A stretch of 64,000 nt of DNA from an uncultured Nitrososphaerales archaeon. GTDB lineage: Archaea > Thermoproteota > Nitrososphaeria > Nitrososphaerales > Nitrososphaeraceae. How positions within the stretch are numbered: the stretch's first letter is position 1; each line of letters opens with the position of its first letter. Below the pieces are notes generated by a model. It was not told the DNA's origin and did not search any database. It saw nothing but the letters and a program-made list of their open reading frames with translations. The stretch lies in contig CAWJCY010000006.1 in the NCBI GenBank assembly GCA_963841565.1, positions 339,979-403,978 of the forward strand. The letters are read 5' to 3'. Of the stretch, positions 20,737 through 31,096 are shown one piece after another. The translations under genes were made by a program, and so were the position numbers.

Positions 20737-21730
20737 AAATTAAGTTCCACCAACCTATTTGAGATAGGAGAAGAATAAGAGGAAGCGAAAAAAACAAACA
20801 GAAAAGCAGGGTGGTTAACTTCATAATTTTGATGGCCAGCATACATTTATCAACTGTTAAGAATTCGGTCCCTTCACCTAAAGCATAGCTACCCATTTTC
20901 TCAAGTCTCACTCTTAAAGCACCTGCCATAGAACTCATAGGGTATCCGGCATTGATACTGGTCGTTTTGTGGTGATCACGAATCAGTATCACCAGAGAAT
21001 TTCTCCAATCTGCTTGAGCCATATAAGCCGAGACAACCATCAGAAGACCAGTTATACGAGCGGGCAAGAAATTGAAAATAGTATCTAGCTTGGCTGACAT
21101 CCAACCTATATCCTCGTAGTATGGATCCTTGTATCCGAGCATGGAGTCCAGTGTATTAACTACTCTATAGGCTATACACCCCACAGGGCCGAGAATTGAA
21201 TAGAAGAACAATGGAGATATGATTCCATCGACAGTGCTTTCGCTAATGGATTCGATAGTCGCAGATTGGATATATTCTTCATTCAAGCTACTAGTATCCC
21301 TCCTGACTATCATTGATAACCTGTATCTAGCTTCCTCCAAGTTCCCTGCCTCCATTGAACGAATGATCTGGATAGCAGATTTCTCCATTCCTTTCAATGC
21401 TATTGATATCTTTAACAATAGTGCAAACAGAATTAGGGTAATCAGTATCCCCGCGAAGTGAACAGTTAACGATGTCAAGGCTATCGTCAGCAGCGCTACG
21501 CCAGAAATAATACCACAGGAAAACAAGATTCCTTTTACCTTTTCAATTTTATCCTTTGAAATAGAACTTTCTGTTACCCCACTATGTTTCAAATTTGAAG
21601 TTTTATATTCGATTAGTCTTCCGAGCCATGAAACTGGATGGTACCTATTTTTGGGGTCTCCAAATACTAAGTCTAGGAGTATCCCAAGTGCTAAGCCACC
21701 CCCCAGAAGAACAAACTGCTCATAAATCAT
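20726..21730 (-). CDS. cbiB: Adenosylcobinamide-phosphate synthase CbiB
   Basis: GDP...HPV, IVRRDT, ESISES.VDG, NTLDSMLGY, NAGYPM. Confidence 0.95.
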   Translation of the reverse strand: MIYEQFVLLGGGLALGILLDLVFGDPKNRYHPVSWLGRLIEYKTSNLKHSGVTESSISKDKIEKVKGILFSCGIISGVALLTIALTSLTVHFAGILITLILFALLLKISIALKGMEKSAIQIIRSMEAGNLEEARYRLSMIVRRDTSSLNEEYIQSATIESISESTVDGIISPLFFYSILGPVGCIAYRVVNTLDSMLGYKDPYYEDIGWMSAKLDTIFNFLPARITGLLMVVSAYMAQADWRNSLVILIRDHHKTTSINAGYPMSSMAGALRVRLEKMGSYALGEGTEFLTVDKCMLAIKIMKLTTLLFCLFFSLPLILLLSQIGWWNLIFGI

Positions 21731-22587
21731 TTTCTAATTCAAGTATATCCTTTGAAATCTTTTCTATGTCGATCATTGGTTCTATTTCTCTTACCAAATT
21801 TTGGATTTGCTCATCCAATGCAGTGTCAAGAACAGCATTTGTGTCACTCGAGTCTATACCATCAAGGGAATCCTCTTTTGGTAAGTTTAGTTTTATCTTG
21901 GCGACTACTCCGTAGAACTCCTTGTTTGTCATTATTTTGACAGTTGACATGGCCGATTCTAAAAGTGAATTATCGCCAAGAAATTTATTTATCATAAAGC
22001 CTCTGACAAGTTCTCTATCGGAGGGTTCTAGAAGCGAGCATTGTCCCTACGATACTGGCAAAGCATCCCCCTCTTTCTATGTCGGCAACTATGATAACAG
22101 GAGCGCTTACTTTCCTTGCGAGAAGCATATTTGCGACATCATATTGTTGGATGTTAATTTCGGCCGGGGATCCCGCCCCCTCCATGATAACTATATCATT
22201 GTCTTTTCTAAGGCCATCTAAAGAATTAAGTATGATCGGAAATGCATATTGCAACACAAATTTTTGGTAGTAATCTTTTGCGTGCATCTGTCCGTGGGAA
22301 TGACCCTCTACTATTACATCACTTACATAGTTACCGTGTGGTTCAAGTAGAATAGGATTCATTCTTACGTCAGGATTTTTTCTTGACGCAAAAGCTTGAA
22401 CTGCTTGAGCCATTGAGATCCTCTCTGAAGTGCCTTCAATTTCGTAAATTTTTGATGACATATTTTGAGATTTGAATGGTGCAACCTTGTATCCTTTGTC
22501 AGCAAAAATCCTACATAACACAGTAACAATCGTAGTTTTTCCTGAACCTGAAGACGTACCTTGAATCATCAAGATTTTTGCAGTCAT
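21720..22587 (-). CDS. cbiP: Cobyric acid synthase, synthetase domain only (about 288 aa; one extra base at about 22036)
   Basis: QGTSSGSGKT, PFKSQNMS, MNPILL, EGAGSPAEIN, DIERGG; the frame is restored to ...MLLLEPSDRELVRGFMINKF...EDS. Confidence 0.9.
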
Positions 22588-23672
22588 GGCTCCATTGATT
22601 TTAAGGCGTCCATAAGAATGGCGTTTTCTATGTGTTTTTTAACAGCTACCCGGATATGCTTTAGACCCATTCCTGTAAACGTCCTACAGTCACGTACCAA
22701 TATTCCGCTATTGTTTAGGAGATAATTACGCACTTCAATTGAACTTTGGTCTGAAACGTCTATCAAAAAGAAGTTGACGTCAGATGGCATCGGGGAAAAT
22801 TTCGTCATCTTTTTTAGTTCGTTTATCATAAAATTTCTTTCGCGTCGTATCAGCCTTTTGGACTTCTCTAAATAAGATGTGTCCTTTAGAACTAACATTC
22901 CTAATTTTTGAGCTACACCATTTACGCTCCAAGAAATGCTGTTATCGAGCATGAGGTTTATCAAATTAGGATTACACACACAATACCCCAATCTGATGCC
23001 CGCTAAACTAAACGATTTTGTCATCGATCTCAGTATCACCAGATTTTTGTAGTCTGAAACCATTTCGATCATGCTATTTTCTTTCCCAGATCCTTCTACT
23101 AATTCAATAAAACATTCATCTATGAAGATCTGAGTATTTGGATCAATATTTTCAATTATTTTTCGCGCCGATATTGTTGATAATATTCCTGTTGGGTTGT
23201 TCGGATTACAAAGGAAAACTGCATCGCACCCTTCATTTGATTCTTTCAATATTTTCTCAGCATCAGGCTCCCAATTCTTTAAAGGAATAAATTTGATCGT
23301 TGCTCCCGATCTTCTTGCCGAAAGTTCATACTCACAAAAGGTAGGTGCAGAAATTACCACCTTCTTGCGAACGAACGTACGCGTGAAAATGTGGATTAGC
23401 TCGGTGGCACCATTACCAATCAATAACCATGTTGGATCTAACTCTAATCCTAAGTACTCTAGAATGCTATTCTTCAATTCCTTACAAGAGGGATCAGGAT
23501 AAGTTGTACATAGGCTACCTAATTCTCTACACACATCATTTAACAAATTCTTTGAAATTCCTAAAGGGTTGATGTTGGAGCTAAAATCGAGCTGAACCAA
23601 TGCAGGATTAACTGAGTAAATTCCTCCATGAAAACAATCTTGATTCGGGCTATTTTGCATCATCGAATTCAT
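22584..23672 (-). CDS. cobD: L-threonine-O-3-phosphate decarboxylase (class I PLP enzyme)
   Basis: HGG, DFSSNINPLG, GNGATELI, CNPNNPTG, RSMTKSFSLAGIRLGY, VRDC; cob gene context. Confidence 0.88.
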   Translation of the reverse strand: MNSMMQNSPNQDCFHGGIYSVNPALVQLDFSSNINPLGISKNLLNDVCRELGSLCTTYPDPSCKELKNSILEYLGLELDPTWLLIGNGATELIHIFTRTFVRKKVVISAPTFCEYELSARRSGATIKFIPLKNWEPDAEKILKESNEGCDAVFLCNPNNPTGILSTISARKIIENIDPNTQIFIDECFIELVEGSGKENSMIEMVSDYKNLVILRSMTKSFSLAGIRLGYCVCNPNLINLMLDNSISWSVNGVAQKLGMLVLKDTSYLEKSKRLIRRERNFMINELKKMTKFSPMPSDVNFFLIDVSDQSSIEVRNYLLNNSGILVRDCRTFTGMGLKHIRVAVKKHIENAILMDALKSMEP

Positions 23673-23799
23673 CCACTAGCTAATTTCCTCCACCATTATA
23701 ATTTAGATCCTGGAGATTAGGAGGCATTGGGCATATTTCTCTGAGTACCGATAGCATTTCGTGAAAAGATTATTAGTTGTAGTTTACTAAGCCAACCTG

Positions 23800-24876
23800 A
23801 TGTTGAAGGTAGCACTTATCGGCGCCACTGGAGCGGTAGGCCAAGAGTTTGTACTGGCGTTAAACAGACATCCGTGGTTCGAATTGTCTGCAGTCGTCTC
23901 ATCTTCAAGATCTGCTGGAAAAAAGTATGTGGATTCGTTAAGGGATCCCTCTTCGGCAATTTTGAGATGGCATAGCAGAAACGAAATTCCTGAATACGTT
24001 CGTGATATGATTGTCACTACTGTAGATCATATCAGGCCAGAATCGTTCGATCTTGTATTTACTGCGCTGGAATCAGATGATGCTCTCAAAATAGAGCCCA
24101 ATTTTGCAAAATCTGTACCTGTCATTAGTACTGCAGCAGCATTCAGATATGAAAGTGATGTGCCCATAATTATACCGGGAATAAATGAAGATCATATTGA
24201 CCTGTTGAGCGTCCAGAAAAGGCAACGCAAATGGGAAGGCTTCGTATGTCCATTACCTAACTGCACCACTACAGGACTAGTGATTACACTAAAACCTATC
24301 ATGGAAAGTGCAGGTCTAAAAAGCGTGATCATGACATCGATGCAAGCCCTCTCAGGGGCAGGTAGATCACCTGGTGTAGTCGCTTTAGACATTCTGGATA
24401 ATGTGATACCGTATATTCCCAAAGAGGAGGAAAAGGTCCAAGTGGAGACGAAGAAAATCCTCGGTAAATTCGATAATGATTCTGTAAGCCCAGCTAATCT
24501 TAAAGTTAGCTGTACATGCACTAGAGTACCCGTATTGGACGGTCACACCGAAGCTGTATTCGTAGAAACAGAGAAACCTCTGGAACCAGATGAGGTGAAG
24601 CAACTCATGATAAACTTTTCAGATTCAGTTACCGTCCGAAAACTACCTTCCGCCCCCAGAGATTACATCATCGTACACGACGATCCTACTAGACCACAAC
24701 CTCGCGTCGATCGAGAGATCAACGATGGGATGACAACTGTGGTTGGGAGATTAAGAAAGGACTCTGTCTTTGACCATGGCATAAAGTATGTGTTGCTGTC
24801 ACACAACGAAAAGATGGGATCAGCGAAAGGAGCTGTTTTGATGGCGGAATTGTTAAAAGATAAAGGGATTCTATAA
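23800..24876 (+). CDS. asd: Aspartate-semialdehyde dehydrogenase (archaeal type)
   Basis: GATGAVGQ, PNCTT, QALSGAG, EEEK, RVPVLDGH, PQPR. Confidence 0.93.
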   Translation: MLKVALIGATGAVGQEFVLALNRHPWFELSAVVSSSRSAGKKYVDSLRDPSSAILRWHSRNEIPEYVRDMIVTTVDHIRPESFDLVFTALESDDALKIEPNFAKSVPVISTAAAFRYESDVPIIIPGINEDHIDLLSVQKRQRKWEGFVCPLPNCTTTGLVITLKPIMESAGLKSVIMTSMQALSGAGRSPGVVALDILDNVIPYIPKEEEKVQVETKKILGKFDNDSVSPANLKVSCTCTRVPVLDGHTEAVFVETEKPLEPDEVKQLMINFSDSVTVRKLPSAPRDYIIVHDDPTRPQPRVDREINDGMTTVVGRLRKDSVFDHGIKYVLLSHNEKMGSAKGAVLMAELLKDKGIL

Positions 24877-24966
24877 TCTTATTTATTCTTCTAAAAAACA
24901 GCACTATATTTTGAAAATAATACATTTATTAACCCCGGTGGATGTAAAGATATCCAAGAGCTATAT

Positions 24967-25431
24967 ATGGGTAGAATAGACGATCTTGACTTAAAAATTC
25001 TCAGTGAGCTCTCCAAAGACGCTAGTATTTCTGTTCCAAAACTTTCCAAATCGATTAATGTTAATTCCTCGGTTGTATATAGCAGGATTAAAAGACTCCT
25101 AAAGATGGGTTTCATAAAGAAATTCACTATAGTGATTAATGATGAGGCTCTAGGTTTCAACGTTAGAGCTCTCACTGGAATAAATATGGACTCAAAGATG
25201 CGAGATAATGTTCTAAATGAATTGTTCAGGATTCCAGAAGTGCGAGAGGTTGCAGAAGTGACAGGAAGATTCGACATACTGGTAACAATGAGTTCTAAAT
25301 CCCTCGACGAGATGCATCAATTAATATCAGAAAAAGTGGGCAGAATCGAGGGCGTGCAGAAGACAGAAACATTTATTGAAATGCGGAAGACCGTAAGAGA
25401 ATTGCTCTATTCGCATTCAATAGCTCAATAG
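24967..25431 (+). CDS. Lrp/AsnC-family transcriptional regulator
   Basis: IDDLDLKIL, RIKRL...G.I, VTGRFDI. Confidence 0.93.
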   Translation: MGRIDDLDLKILSELSKDASISVPKLSKSINVNSSVVYSRIKRLLKMGFIKKFTIVINDEALGFNVRALTGINMDSKMRDNVLNELFRIPEVREVAEVTGRFDILVTMSSKSLDEMHQLISEKVGRIEGVQKTETFIEMRKTVRELLYSHSIAQ

Positions 25432-25525
25432 CCACTGGAATGGCGATCGGAAATTTAGATGGTAATATACGATATTAATATATTTAGTTAGATCATTACT
25501 GTCAACGTTGGAAGGACAATAATAG

Positions 25526-26422
25526 ATGGATACCTTGACTACCTCTGCATCCTTTGGCAGAGTTTTCCGAGATTATTACGAGCTCACAAAACCAAAGATA
25601 TGGTATCTATTAGTCTTTACTGCCTTTGCCTCCGCTCTAACAGCATCATTCCTCTTCGACATCCCGATTAGCGCGGGGATGTGGCTTCTTTTAATTCTCG
25701 GTGTAGCAGCAGGATCCGCGGCTGCTGACACTTTGACAGGATACAACGATCGCGACATTGATGCAATCATGGACCGAACAAAAGGGCGTCCAATTCCCTC
25801 AGGAAGAATATCCCCTAGAAATGCCTTTATTTTTGGAATTATCCTAGCAGCAATATCACTTGTTTGTTCGTGGTTTTTGAATATTTACGCATTCGCGCTG
25901 ATGGCATTTGGTCTATTTGATAATATCATTGTGTATAGCAAATGGCTAAAACGAACCAGCCAGGCCAATATAGTTCTTGGCGGGTTCTCCGGAGGAGCAC
26001 CTGCAATGATAGGATATGTCGCTGTCACTACACAAAGTATTGAGATTGGTATCATTATGGCTGGATTGGTATTCCTGTGGATCCCAACCCATATTTGGAG
26101 CCTTGCACTTCATTCGAGGAAAGACTATGCGAAGGCCGGGATACCAATGCTACCTGTCGTTCAGAATGAAAAAAAATCTGTTAGAATTATTGCAGTCACT
26201 ACAATTTTAATGGTTCTTTTCAGCATTTTTCCTTTTTTTATCAACGAGTTTGGGCTTATTTATGTATTAACTGCTACGATTTTTGGTGCTGCTATGTTAG
26301 CTTTATCGCTATGGTTACTAATAAGACCCAGTGAGAAGGCTGCATGGACCGTTTTTAAATTCTCTAGTCCCTACCTAACCGCAATCTTCATAGCTTTTAT
26401 GGTTGACGCATTTTTTCACTAG
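25526..26422 (+). CDS. ctaB: Protoheme IX farnesyltransferase
   Basis: LTKPKI, DRDIDAIMDRTKGRPIPSG, WLKR, WIPTH, DYAKAGIPMLP. Confidence 0.95.
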   Translation: MDTLTTSASFGRVFRDYYELTKPKIWYLLVFTAFASALTASFLFDIPISAGMWLLLILGVAAGSAAADTLTGYNDRDIDAIMDRTKGRPIPSGRISPRNAFIFGIILAAISLVCSWFLNIYAFALMAFGLFDNIIVYSKWLKRTSQANIVLGGFSGGAPAMIGYVAVTTQSIEIGIIMAGLVFLWIPTHIWSLALHSRKDYAKAGIPMLPVVQNEKKSVRIIAVTTILMVLFSIFPFFINEFGLIYVLTATIFGAAMLALSLWLLIRPSEKAAWTVFKFSSPYLTAIFIAFMVDAFFH

Positions 26423-26436
26423 AATGTTGTGACGTG

Positions 26437-27150
26437 CTACTGTTTGCACAAGATCTTTTCACATTCATAAACTAATCGCGCTACAACAACGTGTGCCTCC
26501 AGTCCCATATTCGATATGCTGTACAGGCTATCAAATTTCTCAGTAGTTGTTTTTGAAAAGTGCCCTCTAGGGAAACCACCCACTACGAATGCGCACGACG
26601 GCAATGTGTTTAAGGAGAAAGTGTCAGTGACAACCCTTTCCAAGGTCGAAGGAGCTCCAATCGAGGAGAAGCCAATCACTTGCCTTGGTCTTATTGTTTG
26701 CTCCACCAATTGGTTAAAGGTTACTCCTTCGTTCAATTCCAACATTACTTTGGTCCCTTCTCTGTTCTTTATCCTCTTATTCTTAAAGAGGTCTGCCATT
26801 AATCCCTCAAATCTAAAATATGATTTGGGAAACCGTATCCCTTCTCCTATGATAATGCTGTTGCTATCTATTGTTGAAATGTATACTCGGACCTTATTAT
26901 TTACATAAAGTGGAGATGACATAACGGCCGCCAATGAGAGATGCACAATGTCGGGCCTGCCATGTTTTGTTAAGGAAGGGTCAGTTTTCATTGCAGCATG
27001 GTGATAACTCCTATCAAGAAATGTTTCTCCAGGATTCCTCCCTAGTCTTGCGGCATGAGCTCTCACTGCTTGATGATTTCTCAGATTTTGGGGAACCAGT
27101 TCCAATGCAGCTTCTGCGATAACTATGGAGCATCCATATTCCTGCTTCAT
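26437..27150 (-). CDS. nep1: 16S rRNA pseudouridine methyltransferase Nep1/Emg1
   Basis: AEAALELVP, LDRSYHH, GRPDIVH, RF.GLM..L, VGGFPRGHF. Confidence 0.92.
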   Translation of the reverse strand: MKQEYGCSIVIAEAALELVPQNLRNHQAVRAHAARLGRNPGETFLDRSYHHAAMKTDPSLTKHGRPDIVHLSLAAVMSSPLYVNNKVRVYISTIDSNSIIIGEGIRFPKSYFRFEGLMADLFKNKRIKNREGTKVMLELNEGVTFNQLVEQTIRPRQVIGFSSIGAPSTLERVVTDTFSLNTLPSCAFVVGGFPRGHFSKTTTEKFDSLYSISNMGLEAHVVVARLVYECEKILCKQ

Positions 27151-27378
27151 GCAGTCAGACAGAAATGTAGTTCAAGGTGTCTATAAAATAAATCTATGTA
27201 CTCTGTCGTGATAGTTGTCCATTTTTATTGTTGGTAACAATTTTCAATGCAGAAAAAAATTTTCAACTGGAAGAAGCCAATTTCTAACTGCCAGCGAACC
27301 TTAGGGCGTAATAAATCAGCATAATGGTTTATCTAGACCGATTTAGGATATATCACAATATCATCCAAAAGACGTAAC

Positions 27379-27666
27379 TTGGAAACGGCTAAGGAACGAA
27401 TAGACATTTTAATTGATGCTGCATTATATTATTCAAAGATAGATGACAGGCTATCAGATGATCAAGCCCGTCTGGCGAAAAAGATTGCAATGAGGGTTCG
27501 TACCAGACTTTCCTACAACATCAAACAACTTTTTTGTAAGCAATGCAAGCAATTGATCATCCCAGGAAAGAGTTCAAGAATTAGACTTGGGCGATCAAAT
27601 ACGAAATGTATCAGAATAACTTGCTATCGTTGCGGCCACATTTATCGGAAAGTTCTCTCTTCTTAA
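27379..27666 (+). CDS. rnp4: RNase P protein component Rpp21
   Basis: AKERIDIL, FCKQC..LIIPG, ITCYRCGHIYR. Confidence 0.9.
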   Translation: METAKERIDILIDAALYYSKIDDRLSDDQARLAKKIAMRVRTRLSYNIKQLFCKQCKQLIIPGKSSRIRLGRSNTKCIRITCYRCGHIYRKVLSS

Positions 27667-27825
27667 ATTCTCGAACCAATTCATTTTGCTTTCTTGTAAG
27701 AGTTGAAATGGAGCAATCAGTGGAACCGGGCCCTTTAGAATAAACCAAAACAAATATTCGATTTGGGATATAGCCAGTCGTACTCGGCGCTCAATGAAGA
27801 CTTGAATCTAGAATTGAATAAAGTC

Positions 27826-27840
27826 GATAATAATTTATAA
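27826..27840 (+). promoter_or_regulatory. BRE/TATA box (…GATAATAATTTATAA) of rps19e
   Basis: TTTATAA ends about 31 bp before the ATG, consistent with a short or absent leader. Confidence 0.5.
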
Positions 27841-27871
27841 GGAGTTAGAAGAGGCTAATACAGAGTGTATA

Positions 27872-28321
27872 ATGGCAAAGGTGTATGATATCCCTGCTAC
27901 AGACCTTATTGTAAAATTGGCTGAACGATTAAAGAAGGATAAAAAGATTGAGCCGCCAGCTTGGACGGTATATGTGAAAACAGGCTCTCATGTGGAAAAG
28001 ATTCCCCAGAACAGAGACTGGTGGTATATTAGATGCGCTTCACTTGTAAGAAAGGTGTACCTGCACGGCCCAATTGGCACATCTGACCTAAGAAGTATGT
28101 ATGGTGGAAGGAAAAGAATTGGGTACAACCTCGACCATCATCGTGATGCCGGTGGTTCGATTGTTCGAAAGGCGTTGCAACAACTAGAATCAGCTGGTTA
28201 TCTGACAAAGAAGAAGCAAGGAAGACTAATGAGTGATGAAGGGATGAAGAAGATCGATAGACTTGCAACAGAGATCTTTAAGGAGATTCATACAATACCC
28301 AACTTGCAAAGATATGCCTGA
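27872..28321 (+). CDS. rps19e: 30S ribosomal protein S19e
   Basis: VYDIP, PPAW..YVKTG, DWWYIRCAS..RK, ALQQLE. Confidence 0.97.
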   Translation: MAKVYDIPATDLIVKLAERLKKDKKIEPPAWTVYVKTGSHVEKIPQNRDWWYIRCASLVRKVYLHGPIGTSDLRSMYGGRKRIGYNLDHHRDAGGSIVRKALQQLESAGYLTKKKQGRLMSDEGMKKIDRLATEIFKEIHTIPNLQRYA

Positions 28322-28339
28322 TGGAAAAGGGAAAGTAGG

Positions 28340-28630
28340 ATGTCTGTAAATCAACCTTCTCCAGATCCAAATGAAGAAGAATTAAAGAAACGTGAAGCTG
28401 AAACTGCAATGCGACAGCGCGCACTGACATTCTTATTGGATCAAACTGCGAGACAAAGGCTTACCAACGTAAGAATGGTTAAACCTGAGCTAGCTACAGC
28501 GGTAGAGAATTATCTTATAAGCTCAGCTTCATCAGGGAGGTTGAATAGGGCGCTAACCGACGAAGAACTTAAGCAAATACTGTTAAATATACAACAGCCA
28601 AAAAAGGAATTTAGAATCAATAGGGTTTAG
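28340..28630 (+). CDS. PDCD5/TFAR19-family DNA-binding protein
   Basis: ARQRLTNVRMVKPE..VENYLI, TDEELKQIL, EFRINR; usual position after rps19e. Confidence 0.9.
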   Translation: MSVNQPSPDPNEEELKKREAETAMRQRALTFLLDQTARQRLTNVRMVKPELATAVENYLISSASSGRLNRALTDEELKQILLNIQQPKKEFRINRV

Positions 28631-28758
28631 GTTAGCCATCTACTGAAGACAGTGTGAGGCGCTGAGTCGACGATAACTACAGATGGAATGTTTTTCACCC
28701 TCTCTAAATCGATTCCTTTGAGTTAACTATATTAAGTCTAGCGAGGGTTCTCAACTTC

Positions 28759-29809
28759 ATGAAAGCGAGCCATTTTCAGAGAATATAGCAAGGATCCTAC
28801 GACGAATGTCAAGATCGAAGATGCAGATATGCCAAAACTAGGCCAGAACGAGATCATGATAAAAGTGGAAGCGGCGGCATATAATTACAATGATCTTTGG
28901 GCAATTTGGGGGGATCCCATTAAGGTACCTCTGCCTCATATTTCCGGAAGTGATTCAGCGGGTCATGTAGCTGAAGTTGGTGAAAACGTTACTAAGATTA
29001 AGGTTGGAGATCGTGTGGTTTCACATTCCAATATGAGCTGTAGGGTGTGTAATTTTTGCACCTCAGGCCGTGAATATGATTGTGCTGAAAGAACAATTTG
29101 GGGATTTCAGACTGGTCCTTTATGGGGAGGGTTTGCACAATACACCCATTTACCAGAAGTTAACGTAGCAAAGCTACCTGATAACGTGTCATTCAATGAC
29201 GCAGCAGCGATTTCCATGGTAGGGATGACTGCATGGCACATGCTAGTCGGAAGGGCCAAGATAACTCCTGGTCAAACAGTGCTGATTATGGGCGGCACTA
29301 GTGGAGTGGGAATGTCAGGAATTCAAATTTCAAAATTGTATAACTGTGATGTCATCGCTACGGCAGGAAATAAAGAGAAAATGGACAAATGCCTTGAATT
29401 GGGTGCAGATCATGTCGTTAACCATAGGGAGCCTGATTGGCACAAAAAGGTCAGGGAAATCACAAACAAACAGGGTGTTGATGTAGTGTTTGAACATATT
29501 GGGAAAGCTACTTTTGCACAAGAAGTATCTCTTCTTAAGATGGGCGGAACGTTAGTTGCAACTGGAGCAACGACCGGATATGATTCTTCGATCGACCTTC
29601 GGTATCTTTTCTTTAGAGGAACTAATTTACTGGGTTCAACACAAGGAACCAAGGCAGACCTGGAAGAAGTAATACATTGGACAGATAAAGGCAAGATTAA
29701 ACCATTAATCAGCACAGTTTTACCATTTAGCGAAATGGTTCAAGGTCATGTCATGATGGCAAAGGCCGAACAAATAGGAAAGATATTGACAACGCCACAC
29801 AAGCTCTAG
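28759..29809 (+). CDS. Medium-chain dehydrogenase/reductase with structural Zn only (one extra base at about 28767)
   Basis: Restored start MKAAIFREY; PHISGSD; CRVCNFC...C; GGTSGVG; GVDVVFEHIG. Confidence 0.9.
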
Positions 29810-29824
29810 GCTTAACAGTAGTGA

Positions 29825-30688
29825 ATGTTCAGAACGTTATTGTTTATTCCAGGGAACAATAAGAGGTTCATCGAGAAAGCCAGGTCCCTGAACGCTGACA
29901 TAATCTGCTTTGATTTGGAAGATTCTGTGCCACTAAATGAAAAGCAAACTGCTAGGGATTTTGTGTCAGAAGCACTGGGCAAGAAGGAGGATTATGATAA
30001 CAGAAACGTGTACGTTCGAATTAATTCGTACGAATCAGGTATCGCGATCCAGGACCTCGATGCCATAGTAAGTGATGAAATAGATGGGGTTGTGGTTCCT
30101 AAAGTTAACAATGAAAATGAAGTTAGCCACCTGGTTCGGAGATTAATCGAATTGGAGCGTCAGAATGCAATGAGCAAGAAAATGGGAATTATGGCGTCAA
30201 TAGAGTCTGCTCAGGGACTAGTCAATTCGTATTCAATTGCAACTGCTGATTTACGGGTGAAAATGTTGGTATTTGGAGTGTTTGACTTTCTTAATGACAT
30301 GGGACTAGATTATGTTCAAGATGGAATTGAATATTCTTTTGCACGTGCAAAGATCCCAATCGACGCCAGGGCCGCCGGAATTGGCGCAATTGATGCGATC
30401 TGGCAAGAAGTTGGGGATATAGAAGGACTGGTGCGTGATGCAAGAACTGCCAAGCGATTAGGCTATCAGGGCAAATGCGTAATTCATCCTAACCAATTGG
30501 AACCAGTAGCTAATGTCTTTTTTCCAAGTAATAATGAAATTGAATGGGCTAGGAAGGTTGTACATGCCTTGGAAGAAACAATGGAAAAGGGCAAAGGTAT
30601 TGGCGCAGTAACTGTGGACGGAAAGATGGTCGATGCCGCTCACTATCGACAAGCTAAATCTGTATTGGATTCCTTGAATTTCAAGTGA
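29825..30688 (+). CDS. CitE/HpcH-family CoA-ester lyase
   Basis: RTLLFIPG, DLEDSV, VRIN, PKV, IESAQG, GKCVIHPNQ, DGKMVD. Confidence 0.9.
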   Translation: MFRTLLFIPGNNKRFIEKARSLNADIICFDLEDSVPLNEKQTARDFVSEALGKKEDYDNRNVYVRINSYESGIAIQDLDAIVSDEIDGVVVPKVNNENEVSHLVRRLIELERQNAMSKKMGIMASIESAQGLVNSYSIATADLRVKMLVFGVFDFLNDMGLDYVQDGIEYSFARAKIPIDARAAGIGAIDAIWQEVGDIEGLVRDARTAKRLGYQGKCVIHPNQLEPVANVFFPSNNEIEWARKVVHALEETMEKGKGIGAVTVDGKMVDAAHYRQAKSVLDSLNFK

Positions 30689-30826
30689 CACGTATTCACA
30701 TCATTCTATCCTCTGATCCCATCTGAACTTAAGAGGAGGTCATCTTTTGTGATGCAGATTAGCAATGTTTCAAGATTAAAATAGTCACGAAATATAAGAT
30801 CGAGACACTTTGTTATAAGATACTTT

Positions 30827-30876
30827 AACACCACAACACCACAACACCACAACACCACAACACCACAACACCACAA
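30827..30876. repeat. Perfect 8-bp tandem repeat (AACACCAC)x6
   Basis: Six exact copies in the intergenic region upstream of the second thermosome gene. Confidence 0.95.
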
Positions 30877-31096
30877 ACCCTATCGCACTTCATATGTCGG
30901 GTGAAATTCATGAATAATTATTCCTTCTAGAACCCATTTTCAAGGGATCGTAATGCCTTGTCTGGGCGCTACCCACCTCCTATTTAAATTAGATTCTAGT
31001 GACACATCTCATAAAAAATATACACCTGAACAGTTAGTAAATTTAATATATCCCAACCCATGCCTTTATTGAGTATATTTTAGGTGAATAGAGGAT

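Noticed and set aside
23800-24876. Asd paralog acting as malonyl-CoA or succinyl-CoA reductase
   Set aside because: It keeps the Asd substrate-binding EEEK and RVP motifs, so nothing argues against ordinary Asd
30827-30876. CRISPR array
   Set aside because: 8-bp head-to-tail units with no spacers
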